Source: Octopus sinensis | Lineage: Eukaryota | Reading direction: 5' to 3' | Assembly: GCF_006345805.1 (NCBI RefSeq) | Contig: NC_043001.1 | Location: 80,538,001-80,602,000, forward strand | DNA length: 64,000 nt | Shown: in pieces, positions 1 through 11,667 of the stretch | Layout of the letters: each line of letters begins with the position of its first letter | Position numbering within the stretch: the first letter of the stretch is position 1 | Notes under the pieces: model-generated | What the model was told of the DNA's origin: nothing | The model's database searches: none | What the model saw: only the letters and a program-made list of their open reading frames with translations | Made by a program: the position numbers and the translations under genes

Positions 1-347
1 ACCTCAAGGTTGATTGCAAGAAAACCTTATTTAAGGATCCGTAATCCTGTTACCTTACACACGATGCACATGCAACAAACATATATCTATTTGTATGTGT
101 ATTTAATTCTACCTAAGCCTTTCTTATGGAGATAGATTCAAGTAATTCGGGTTATATGTACATAGCAGGTCCTCCAGAAACAACAGAGTGCTGTCGGATT
201 TCATAGAGATAGCAAGAGAGAGAGAGATAGAACGAGAGAGGGAGAGGTGTATGCATATACATATATATGTATGTATGTACAACTGTATATGTAAATATAT
301 ATAAGTACACAATTGCATGTGTATATATATATATATCCATACATATA

Positions 348-414
<67 letters not shown>

Positions 415-837
415 GTGTTTGTGTGTGTGTGTTGTGTGTGTGTGTGTGTGTGTGCGCGCGCGCGTGTGTGTGTAGTTTTGGTGAGGAATTCTTGATACAT
501 GCACAATATTTGAAGATTAAGGGAAAATTCTCCCTCCCTACTATTTCTTAGCAAACTCACTTTCTCTCCGTCTCTTACACCAAAAGTAACTCTAAGTGAC
601 AGCACCAACAGTTTTTAGTCAAAATTCCCACGTGTGTGAAAATTATTAATTATATGCGTAAAGATCTTTGTACAAAAAGATACAATTTGTGGTGGTGGGG
701 AACAAATTCTGTTTTTTTTAATTTTTGTAGGTAATTAATAATTTTAAATTTAACGAAATCTTTCTCCAAATATTGTTTCTACTCGAAGAACTGTTTCTAA
801 GACCTATTTTTCAATAATATTTGTGTGTGTATTAATT

Positions 838-925
838 GCTTCAGTCATTAGACTACAACCATGCTAGGGGCAACGCCTTGAAGGGTTTTAGTCGAACGAA
901 ACGTCACCAGTACTTACGCTGGCCC
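838..925 (-). mobile_element. SINE fragment (3' module of composite SINE family A/B)
   Basis: tcagtcattagactacaaccatgctagggcaacgcc...agtcgaac matches the module repeated at 3290, 7590, 23590, 31770, 54920 and 58590. Confidence 0.7.
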
Positions 926-1025
926 TTAAAGCTTGAAACTTTTTATCCATCACTTTTACCGAACCGCTATGTCGCAGAGATGTACACAAACCACCACCGA
1001 TTGTCAAGCAAAAAGGCACTCAGAT

Positions 1026-1059
<34 letters not shown>

Positions 1060-2553
1060 ACGCACACGCAGACGCACACACACACGTGTGTGTGAATGTA
1101 TACATATCTATATGTGTGTGTATATGTGTATGAGTGTGTGTGTGTACGTTGTTGTTGTTGCTGTCGTTGTTGTTTTGCGTATGGTGATTATGTGCAGTTT
1201 GCATTTAATAAGGAGAGAGAATACTATAAAAGTATCTTTATTCAAAAGATTGTTGATCAACCTCAGGGATAGATTCGCGAGCATATCGTTGTCTTGTGGT
1301 TGTAAGTTCGATCAATCGTACATGCTAAAGCTACGTTCGATAGACAAGCATCTTATCCAGATACAAATTTTATGCTGTCATCCAACTTCACGCTTCTGAT
1401 AGAAATCAGAAATAAATATGTGACACCTTCTGTATTAGGGATAAAGTTTAGCTAAAAACACCAATACAATTTTATTTACCCCAGGAGAAATAAAAATTCT
1501 TAATCGACCTCCTGCGGATTTGATCTCACAAAATAGTAATACGAAACTAAATACAAGGCATATTTTACACAGCATTCTTTCTGGCTCATCAATTTCCATT
1601 GGCCTAAACTTCTGCTTAATATTGCATGACTATTCATCAATAATATCTCTAGTTCTCTCCCACAGGATATCCGCCATTGATTGTATAACTTTCTGCTTTC
1701 CAATGAGGAAACAAATACATTCTTCTTTATCTTTTCCTTCTTTCTTTCCTTCTCTCTCTTTCTCTTTGTTTCCATATAATCACACACATACATTCATACA
1801 AATGCATGCATGTATTTCACATAAGCACACACACACACGCACACAGATAAGCACATAAACATACCAGAAACACAGACTCACTTACATGCATATACATTCA
1901 CGATTAATTTTTTTTTCCTGTGATTTATCTAAATATTGCATCAGATAGCTTTATTGTTTAAAAATGATGACATTGTTCGTAGTTGAGGGCGGTTGGGTGA
2001 ATATGTAGATGCGGGGGTGTGTAAGTGTCTAAATGTGTGTGTGTATGTGCGTGTGTGTATGTGGATGTGCGTGTGTGTGTGTGTGTGGAGAGAGAGGGAA
2101 AGAGAGAAAGACACAGAGAGAGAGAGAGAGAGCGCTTTAAATGTATGTGCGTGTGATATTTATATATTTTTTGGCTATGTGTGTATATTATATATGTGAG
2201 TAATTGAATATTTTTGTGAAGGGTAGAGAGAGAGAGGGGACTCTGAGTGTGTCTGTGTGTGCGTGTGTGTGTGCGCGCGAATATGTCTCTGTGAGTGTAT
2301 GTATATATCTGTGTGTGTATGCGATTGATTGTATTTAGTGTGTGTGTATATGTGTGTACGTGTGCGTGAGTATGTACCTAACACTAACTTATTCTGTCTT
2401 TTCGAATGAGAGTATATGTTTGAGAATTTGTGAATGCAAATATGTTCTGATTCATGTGTGTGTGTGTGAGAAAGAGAGAAAGAGAGAGAGACCGAGAGAA
2501 GAGAGAGTGTGTGTGTGTGTGTGTGAGTATGCTAATGTGAAACAATGTGGCTT

Positions 2554-2597
<44 letters not shown>

Positions 2598-2949
2598 CAC
2601 AAACACACGTTATGTTTACTTTCTCAGCGTAGTTTAGTTAATGTGTATATGAGATGAGTGGTGGAAGGGGCGTGTGCATTAGAGTAATTTTTTTTGTGTC
2701 AACTTAATATGAATGTTTCTTAATGATATTTCTATTAAGGACCCCAGAGGAAGTGGGGAAACTAGTGCTCATGGTCTTTGTGGACCCTATCAGACGGACG
2801 AGATTGATGAGGATTATATTTCGTTGGTAATCGTTTAGAAGAGAAACAGGGTCGGTGAGAGAATTTGACATGGTTGAGCTTCTGGTAAGTGGGACACTAT
2901 CAGACCTGATTTGAGTGTGCTCCAGAAAATGTTATACATAGCTTACTGA

Positions 2950-3200
2950 TTTCCACAAGCAGTGGTCGTTGTAGTAGCATTCGTTCAGAAAGACCAAAAC
3001 AAAGAACAATTAGCCAATGACTATAGTCATTGCTGTCTTATTACGAGGATATGCTGGGCAGTTACCAGAGGGCCGTCACGGGTTTCGTGGCCCAAATCTT
3101 ATCTATGTATGCTGAGGCTTGCCTTCAAGAAATACTATAGGGTGCACAGTGATCTCGTTTCCCAGGGGCTTATAATGCTTGTCAAAGGGCTCTAGCTATA
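2950..3200 (+). pseudogene. Possible very old LINE reverse transcriptase remnant
   Basis: With a frameshift reads FPQAVVVVVAFVQKDQNKEQLANDYS-IAVLL...QLPEGRHGFRG, loosely like the RT motifs FP..W...VVPI.K, NYRPI.LL and LP..Q.GFR. Confidence 0.3.
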
Positions 3201-3289
3201 TTGTGTAGATTTTGTCAATGAGCAGAAATGCTTTCTGTGGAGAATATTGTGAGCATTGCAGCCACATCTTTCCTATCTTTCGTCTTATA

Positions 3290-3551
3290 CATGCTTCAGT
3301 CTTTGGATTGCAGCCATGCTAGAGTACCGCCTTGATCTGTTTAGTCGAAGAAATCATCTCCAGTACTTATATAGTACTTATTTTTTCTGCTACTCGTTAA
3401 ATCGGTCTTTTTTGCTGAAGTGCTGGGTTACGGGGATGTAAACAAACCACAACCAGTTGTTAAGCAGTGGTGGGGAACAAACACAGACGCACACACACAT
3501 ATATACGTACAAAAGATACACACACACACACACACACACACATACACACAC

Positions 3552-3637
<86 letters not shown>

Positions 3638-3742
3638 ATATTAGGGAATAAATCCAAATTTACAGGGAAAAATCAGATTTAGGATTGAATCCAATTTTAT
3701 AGTAAAATATAATAATATTAATTAGAGACATATGTATATGTA

Positions 3743-3789
<47 letters not shown>

Positions 3790-4049
3790 TATATATATAA
3801 TATATATATATATCATATTATATATATATATATATATATATATAGATATAGAATAGATATAGATATAGATATAGATATACGACCATGGGCTTCCATACAA
3901 TTTTGGCTCTAGAAATTCACTCACAAGGCATTGGTCATCCCAATGGTATAATAGTAGACACTTACCCGTGGTACTGCGCCGTGGGATTGAACCCGAAACC
4001 AAATAGTTGCAAAGCGAGCTTCTTAACCACACACCCATGCCTGCACCTA
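3290..4049 (-). mobile_element. Composite tRNA-derived SINE (head module 3880-4049, expanded internal microsatellite, tail module 3290-3495)
   Basis: Head has A/B-box-like gtggttaag...ggttcaatccca on the minus strand; same head-(TA/GT)n-tail layout as 23853-24243 and 58585-59015. Confidence 0.75.
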
Positions 4050-4053
4050 CGTA

Positions 4054-5299
4054 TTAAGTTGTCCTGAAAGTTCATGCCGATTTTTAGTTTTCCCTGCTGC
4101 AACATAATATGCTTACATTACCGGTTAGCGCACACTTCAAACTATCTCTTGAGAAAGAAAGTTTAAAATTACTTAATTCGTGTCGATTTTGCATCATTAT
4201 GAAAATGGAAGATTATAAGGTGCATTTTAGACATTTGATGCTTTTTCTTTTTATTACAGTAAAAGCAAAAATGCCTCGCAAGCGTAAAAAAAGATATGTG
4301 CTGTGTATGGTGAAAGTGTTTTAGCTGACAGAACTGTACGGAAGTGATTCGCTAAGGTTGGAGTTGGTGACTGTAGCCTTATTGTTGAAGAATGCTTAGG
4401 CAGACCTCACGCTTCAGACGACGATCAAATCAAGACATTGGGAATAAACCGCATTACAGAACTCGGGAATTGGTAGAAACACTAAATTTATCAAAATCCA
4501 CCATCCATAAGCATTTAGTGAAGCATGGGTACTCAGATTGCTATGATGTTTGGTTACCACATGATCTGAGTGAAAAGAATCTTTTGGATCGTATTTCCAT
4601 CTGTGATTAGTAGTATAAACGCAATGAAAACTCACTCCGTTTGACGCAAATTGTAACGAGTGATGAGAAATGGACCGTTTACAACAATGTTCAACGAAAA
4701 AGAACCTGCGGTAAGCAACATGAGCCACTTTCAGACACCCCAAAAGCAGGTCTTCATCCTTAGAAAGTCATGTCCCGCATCTGGTGGCATGGGAAAGGAA
4801 TTATGAGCTTCTGCCAAGTAACCAGTCAAATCTGAGAAGTATTGCTCGCAACTGGACGATTTAATGGCAGAAGTTCAAGAAAAATGCCCAGAATTTGCGA
4901 ACAGGAAATGTGTTGTTTTCCACTAGGATAATGCCAGACCTCCCGTTGCATTTGTGATCCGTCAAAAATTGTTGCAGCTTGGCTTGGATGTGTTATCCAC
5001 TCGCCATATTCACCAGACATTGCTCCTTCGGATTTTCATTCATTCAGGTCCTTTCAAAATAATCGCAATCGTAAAAAGTTTTAACTCTTTGAGAGACATA
5101 AAAAAATCTCTTTAATTTGTTCTTTTCCAAGAAACCACTAAAATTCTGGGAAGACGGAATCGTTAAGTTTGAAGGAAAGATGGAGAAAGATTATGCAAAA
5201 AATTGGTTCATATTTAGTTGAATGAATATTTAATGGCATCATTTTGTTTTGTCTTTTAATTTCCCTTAAAAATCGGCATGAAATTTTCAGACAACCCTA
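4054..5299 (+). mobile_element. Near-full-length inactive mariner (DD34D) DNA transposon
   Basis: TA at 4052-4053 and 5300-5301; TIRs ttaagttgtcctgaaagttcatgccgattttta and taaaaatcggcatgaaattttcagacaacccta; about 1.25 kb. Confidence 0.95.
4199..5225 (+). pseudogene. Mariner transposase pseudogene (stops and frameshifts)
   Basis: MEDYKVHFRHLMLF; RELVETLNLSKSTIHKHL; DVWLPHDL (WVPHEL); IVTSDEKW; H*DNARP; PYSPDIAPSDFH; WEDGI...RWRKI..K.GSY*. Confidence 0.95.
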
Positions 5300-5529
5300 T
5301 ATATTGATTGTGCCTTTGCACTAGATTGTCATATCCCCATTGAAGGACGGTTTCCAGGTAGCTGTTGTCGGAAGTAGCGAAGGCCTGGCATAAGGCATCT
5401 ACGGTTACATGATACTTGTGTGTAGAGACCGTCTCTCTTTATCCTGCTTGCCATCACTTCACATGGGTTTACAGAAACATGGTGTATCTTTGTACACCAT
5501 AGCTAGAGTATGTTCAGAGGCGGAGAGCT

Positions 5530-5905
5530 ATTACACATTGTGGGCAGTGTATATTAGTGTGTGTGTTTAAGTGTAATCGTATACTGTGGGTAGTGTATGT
5601 ATAGGTGTAAGAGTCATTATACGCTGGGAGCAGTGTGTGTATGTGCGTAAGTGACATTATACACTGTAGGCAGTACATATGTACATGTGTGAGTCTAATT
5701 GTACACTGTGGGCAGTGTATGTATGTGTGTGTCTTGTACAGTGTGCAGTGTATGAGTGTGCATAAGTATCAGTATACACTATGGGTATTGCAAGCCAGTG
5801 TGCAGGTGCTATTATACATAATGGGCTGTGTATGTATTTGTGTGAGTGTTATTGTACACTTTGGGCAGTGTACGTATGTGTGTGAGTGACACTGTACACT
5901 GTACT
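5530..5905. repeat. Degenerate ~40-bp minisatellite with palindromic core TACACTG-TGGG-CAGTGTA (about 10 units)
   Basis: Cores near 5532, 5581, 5620, 5660, 5702, 5737, 5775, 5815, 5855 and 5895. Confidence 0.8.
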
Positions 5906-6640
5906 AGCATCATCACTCAATGGACGATGTGCCTGAGTGAGAGAGTGACAGTATGTGTGTTTGCGTGTCTTCTTCTCTGTGTATGTGCATTTAACTGGCC
6001 ACTCCGCTATTTGTTGTGTGTGTAATGAATGTGTATATGCTTGTATGTGTGTATGTGTCTATGCTTTTGTGTGTGTATGTGTGTGTGTATGACAGCCTGT
6101 TCATGTGTGTCTATCGCAATGTCTTTCAGAGTATCAGAGTCCAGATTAGTTGCAGTTTAAGAGACAATGAGAAAGGAGGAGAAAACATGTCTAATCGATC
6201 AGTGTTAACTATGCATCGATGAGTGAATATTTATCAAACAACTAATTGTCTTTCTTTGTGGTTTTCGATATTTGTGAGTGTATATGCGTATGTAACGGCA
6301 ATTCCATTATACCGATGTAAGCGGTGTCAGCAAATGAACAAAACGGATGTATTTTCTGTCGCTGAAGAGAAAATGTAATCTTTCACACGCTCTCTTAGAA
6401 ATGTTATGTTTGTGAGACAACCACGATGCATCATGTATGATTAAACCTTCCTATCAACTTTGAGAAGTTTAATTGTGTGTTGTTCAAGTGAAGTGTGTGT
6501 TTGTTTGGAAGAAAATCCTTTCCTTAACCCTTCAATATTTAAACCGACCATGTGCGGCTCAAATATCCAACTTGTCTTATGTTCAAACTCACCAGATCTA
6601 TCTTCTCACACTTACCCTACAATGTCATTGTAATAATATA

Positions 6641-7190
6641 CAGAGTGTCCCAAAAAACTTGACATCATTTCGTAGTCTAATAACGTAACTAATTCTCGCT
6701 CAAACGATCTCGAATTTTAACAAAATGTGTAAAAATTAAGTTTGGATCGGGCATGCCAGTGATAATGACAATGAAACGGCCACCACATTCACCTAACTTG
6801 ACAACTTACGATTTTCTCAATGGGGGCTATGTGAAAGCACTAGTCTATATCCACCCACCTCCTTCTGCAAGCCTAGAGAAACTCAAGCAGAGAATCATCG
6901 ATGTGTTGGAAAATGTTATGCAAGACATGCTACAGCATGCTTGGCAGGAGCTGGTCTACCGACTTGACATGTGTCGTGTCACAAACGGTGCGCATATTGA
7001 ACATTTGTGAAAGCTTTGTGAAGTCGGTTATAAAATCTACATCCCTCTGAATCTCTTGTTTGAATTTTGATAAAATAAATTTTTTATTGCTCAATATGAA
7101 GCCTATTTGGTTTCCTTTGCCTCGGACATTTAGTTACTCAGATATTCACATTTCAAATGATGTCAGTTTTTTTTTTTTCGGGACACCCTA
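6641..7190 (+). mobile_element. Internally deleted Tc1/mariner element (CAGGGTGTCCC-type TIR; maT/rosa-like) keeping only the transposase C-terminus
   Basis: TA flanks at 6639-6640 and 7191-7192; TIR cagagtgtcccaaaaaacttgacatcattt vs aaatgatgtcag(t)ncgggacacccta; ORF 6753-7010 has RPPHSPNLTTYDFLNGGYVKALVY...RLDMCRVTNGAHIEHL*. Confidence 0.9.
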
Positions 7191-7499
7191 TACAATTACG
7201 TCATAAAAATTTCAAGGCTACATGATAATGATTAATTTAATAGAATGTGAATAAATAAGCATTACATTTGACAGAGTAACCTGAACGCTAAATGCTTATT
7301 CCGTTAAATGCGGAAATCGGATATATCAGCTCTAAATGTTATCGTTTGTTAATAGCGAAATGCGGTTTTGCCCCACGGCTATGAAAAAGAACCTCTCTTC
7401 TTACTATGCGAAGCGGAGCACTCCCAGTCAAATTCTACAAAAGACAATATTAAAATTTTATGAGCATTTTCACATATTTCATCAAATATCTTTTTACAG

Positions 7500-7562
7500 A
7501 ACAAGAATCAATTACTTTTAAAGGTGGATATGAAAACTGTACCTATATGGGATACAGAGAAA
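7500..7562 (+). CDS. Candidate 63-nt internal exon, host gene unknown
   Basis: Acceptor atctttttacAG, donor AAA|GTAAGG; two open frames: phase 1 EQESITFKGGYENCTYMGYRE or phase 0 NKNQLLLKVDMKTVPIWDTEK. Confidence 0.3.
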
Positions 7563-7589
7563 GTAAGGCAGGAGCAGAAAATATTAATT

Positions 7590-7800
7590 CTTTTATCTTT
7601 TACTTGTTTCGGTCATTATACTGCGGCCATGCTGGTGCATCGCCTTCAAGAATTTTAGTCGAATGAATCAGCTCCAGTACTTATTTGTTTTAACCTAGTA
7701 CTTATGGTACCCCTACCCACTAAGAAACGAGGACGAAAACACACCAACACCGGTTGGCAAGCGGTAGTGTGGGGAGGGGACACAGACACGAAGACACACA
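7590..7800 (-). mobile_element. SINE tail module fragment
   Basis: ctgcggccatgctggtgcatcgcc...gtcgaatgaatc...acaccaacaccggttggcaagc. Confidence 0.75.
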
Positions 7801-7819
7801 TACATAGTTTTATATATAT

Positions 7820-8226
7820 TTATAATTATAGGTACCGATGAGGCACCACCATGCCAGAAATAGCAGTCAAAACTGACTCTAGAACCACATCATGTATTCA
7901 TATAACACGGACAAATGAATTAGTCTGTTATATACATACATATATATATGTATATAAACGTACTTATATGTAAGTATTCATATGTTGTATACATATATAT
8001 TTGTAATTATCTACTAATTTTGGTATATTTCCATTGATGAAAATAAGGTGTTTTATTACTAAGCCTGAAATCGTCGAGCTGGACTTAACCATTCATTTTT
8101 TGCTAATTTCTTTGTTCATTTATCTGTTCACCTGTGCTATATGAATACATGATGTGGTTTTAGAGTAGGTTATGACTGCTATTTCTGGCACGGTGGTGCC
8201 TCTTCGGTACCCTTAATTATAATTAT
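7820..8226. repeat. Imperfect inverted repeat (~90-bp arms) of the gccagaaatagcagtcaaa repeat family
   Basis: ggtaccgatgaggcaccaccatgccagaaatagcagtca...catgtattcatata at 7831-7908 is complementary to 8134-8211. Confidence 0.85.
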
Positions 8227-8339
8227 ATTTATATTTATATTATTATATATCTATAATACTTACTACCTATACGGTTTTTTCCATGCAGGCCACTTGATAT
8301 GATCGGTATTCTAAATAATTGTCTTATCCTTTATATATA

Positions 8340-8407
<68 letters not shown>

Positions 8408-8634
8408 TATATATATATAGTTAAAATTTACAAAATCACAAAAAATGTGTAAACAACAAACAGGTGTATTAGTTTAGGGTGTATTAGTTCTCGGGAAGAT
8501 GAGAAAGTCTTTTAAGTTTCGAGCCTTCGCTCTTCAACAGAAAGGAACACGAGAAAATAAACAGAGAGAGAATTTAAAAAAAGCTTTAGTGGCTAGTGGT
8601 CAATCATATAATAGTATTTTATAAGCTTAAAGCG

Positions 8635-8808
8635 TATAAGCGATCACAGTGCAAAGATTAAAGAAAATAGTCTAATAAGGGGGCATATAAGGTCTCGACG
8701 GAAAAAAGGTTTTCCTGCGCGTACGAGAAAACTTACTATTTCCGTCGAGGTTTTATAAGTCCCATTATTAGACTATTTTCTTTAGTCCTTGCGCGGTGAT
8801 CGCTTATA
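8635..8808. mobile_element. Foldback/MITE-like element (~174 bp)
   Basis: tataagcgatcac...aaagaaaatagtctaataa...ctcgacggaaa is the reverse complement of tttccgtcgag...ttattagactattttcttt...gtgatcgcttata; TA-bounded. Confidence 0.75.
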
Positions 8809-8878
8809 AAATACAATTATTATTATTTACACAATTGTAAAAATCGACGTTGCATAATACAAAAAAACATGGTTTGTG

Positions 8879-8909
<31 letters not shown>

Positions 8910-8958
8910 CTGTGTCTCTGTGTGTGTATGTGCGTGTATGCGTTTTGTGTATGTATAC

Positions 8959-8992
<34 letters not shown>

Positions 8993-9137
8993 ATACACAC
9001 ACTCTCCTGTATATATATGCATATATATATGTGTGTGTGTGTGTGTCTGTATGTGTGTGTATGTGTCTGTGTGTGTATGTATATATGATATATATATACA
9101 TATATACATAAACACACACACACACACAAACACATAT

Positions 9138-9285
9138 ACGACAGGCTTCTTTCAGTTTCCGTGTGCGAAGTTCACTCACAAAGCTTTGGTCGGTCCGGGG
9201 TTATAACAGAACACACTTGTCCAAGGTACACCGCAGTGGGACTGAACCTGGAACCGTGTTGTTAACACACAGCCGCCCCTGAGCC
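9138..9285 (-). mobile_element. SINE head module
   Basis: acgacaggcttctttcagtttcc...gcagtgggactgaacctggaacc. Confidence 0.8.
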
Positions 9286-10380
9286 TTTTAATCTTTTTTT
9301 AAGTGGATAATTAGCTTCGTTACGGGACGGCCGTCAAATTTATTTACAGAGTTAATAAGTTAATATATTTACAGAGTTAATAAGTATAACGATTCTACCT
9401 TGATGTCTGCATCGAACGATGTGTTTTCGAGTTTTCCTGATGCAAAATTGGAGTGAAAAGTCTAAGTTTCGAGCGAATGACGTCTGTTTTATGCCGAGGA
9501 ATGGTTGATGAGGTAAAATGCTGGAAAGCAGTCTGCCAGTATATACTGTAAGTGTGTTTGACAGGAAACTTCCGTTCCAACAAATGAGAGATTAATGGAG
9601 GCAATAGGTGGGTTAATTAGCGAGAAATTTCTCATGCCAGACATGATCAAGAGCTTTCTTGGTGTCTATACATTACTTTATCCAATGTTATAACGAGAGA
9701 GAGAGAGAGCACAAGAGAGAAAGAGTGTAGGGGGAGCGTGTTGTTGTTTAGCCCCAGGTCAATCATGATCAGGCAGGTCAATGTTTTGAGAAGTCGGATC
9801 CGCTTATCCAGCATGTCATTTCCTAAGATGGTAGGGTGAGAAGCCGCCTCACTCGTTACTTAGGGTTGTATGTTTCCTACTGATCTGGTCCTACTAAAAA
9901 CTGTTCTGCTGGTCACTAAAGAAAACGTAATTCTCTTTCATTATTTCATTACTAATGGCCATCCAGCATCTTGTAAACTAACATGAGATAAAAAGAAATA
10001 AAACCACAATGCCATGGTTCGAATGCTTTTAAATCTCACCTGAGACTAAACAATAACGACCCCAAATCTTGCCTAATTGTCCTTAGCTAAACACAATCTG
10101 TTACCTCTTTGAAATATCTCTGGTTATGTATATCACATAGCAATGATGCATTTCCCAACTACGATCTTGAAACAACACCCTTTCATCAATCATATATTTA
10201 TATTTAACGATCTCTGGACTGGCTTTATACCTTAGTTCAGACCTATCATATTTATCTTTCTTTCAGAATCGAACCAAATATCCATTGCGTTTACTAGAAG
10301 AAAATACACGACTGTTATGTAATCGCTAGATGTTTTAATTTCAAACATACTCGAGGGGATACATGGCTAATTAAGCTAAT

Positions 10381-10830
10381 GAAAGCAGATAATGCAACAA
10401 AAAAAATTGGCTTAACAAAAGGGATGTTTAGGAATGGAAAAGAACTGTGGAAAATCCTCGTTCAATGTTCCAGTCGTTTTCTAAAGGAGAGTAAAATACC
10501 CTCGCTGTAGAAAGACTTGAACAGTATCTTGCTTCATAAGAGGATTGATAAAGAAGAGTAAAGAAACTACCACCAAATATGCCTTTAGTCCCACCTCTTC
10601 AAGCTGTTTAAAAAGGGCCATAGTAACCAGACTGTTGAAACATCCTGATGACCAATTGCCGAGAAGCTAGCAGGTTTCAAAATGATGTCAGGAACTACAG
10701 TATGATGGGGTCATTTATTAACCCTTATACACAGCTTATAGAAGGATCGAAAGAATACACGAAAATCTAATTTGCTGGCGTCGAGATGAACGTAGAGCCG
10801 AAATGTCTGGAAAAACAAGGAATCAAGATG
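10381..10830 (+). pseudogene. RTE-clade LINE reverse transcriptase remnant
   Basis: GMFRNGKELWKILVQCSSRFLKESKIPSL*KD..SILLHKRIDKEE*RNYHQICL*SHLFKLF...EKLAGFK...CLEKQGI matches RTE-type NYRPICLLSHLYKLF and EQAGFR. Confidence 0.8.
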
Positions 10831-11107
10831 CTTTAAACCAAACTGCTAAGATATACTTCTGCGATCACCATCCGTAAAGTTCCAATTGGGAAAGCTTAAT
10901 TATATATACTAGCAAATCTATCCATCTACGATGGGGAAAATGAGGGAGGGAAGTCATAACAGCAGTGTGCATTGAGAAATGTATAAATGGACTGATAGAT
11001 TACTGGGTGATGTCTTAAAGAAATCACTATATTGTTAGTGATACAGCATGCTATTGCAGCTACATGACATGTGTTTGCGACTAGGTGACATGTGATGACG
11101 ATTCACT

Positions 11108-11335
11108 CCCGATTCACGTATTTATCGCCGAGGAGGTGAAAATTCTTATGAATTAACTCTGAAATTGAGACCAATACGGTAATAACGGAATTTCTTAGAA
11201 ATTTCTATCGGCTTGTTTCGAGACGCATGTTAATAGTGATAAATCATAATGGTTATTGACAATTTGTCTATTTTTGGCATACTTGGCATTAGAATTTTTT
11301 CTTTTGTCCTTATTTTATAAGTTATATATATATCG
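11108..11335 (+). mobile_element. Hammerhead-bearing dispersed repeat, copy 1 (Penelope pLTR-like)
   Basis: Homologous to 27790-28005; contains the degenerate hammerhead at 11122-11182. Confidence 0.75.
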
Positions 11336-11473
11336 TAAGATCACGCAAGGCGCCTACCTGCTAGAAACAGGAGTTAAAACCCTCATTTATACCACCAATA
11401 ATAACACTGAAAAATACTACAGCAGTCGGGCGAACGGGCTAAAAACTTTTTCACATACCTATATAACCCAATG

Positions 11474-11507
<34 letters not shown>

Positions 11508-11667
11508 TTTGGCCATGGTTTCTGGTCTGGCGAAGAGTCTCATCTTCATCAGCAAGTATTACAGGTTGAAAACTATTTCAACCTACCACGTTGAAAGCTG
11601 CCGGCGTTCTGAATTGTTTTGTGACAAAATCATATATATATACACGCGCGCACGTGCACGCACACAC

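Noticed and set aside
118-206. Exon or short ORF MEIDSSNSGYMYIAGPPETTECCRIS
   Set aside because: Only 26 codons, no good donor site, no recognisable homology
1540-1700. RING/IAP-like ERMLCKICL on the minus strand
   Set aside because: In-frame stop upstream and no further RING ligands (PCGH, CxxC) downstream
5530-5905. CRISPR-like array of palindromic repeats
   Set aside because: Eukaryotic context, degenerate repeats, linkers similar to each other and GT-rich, no cas genes
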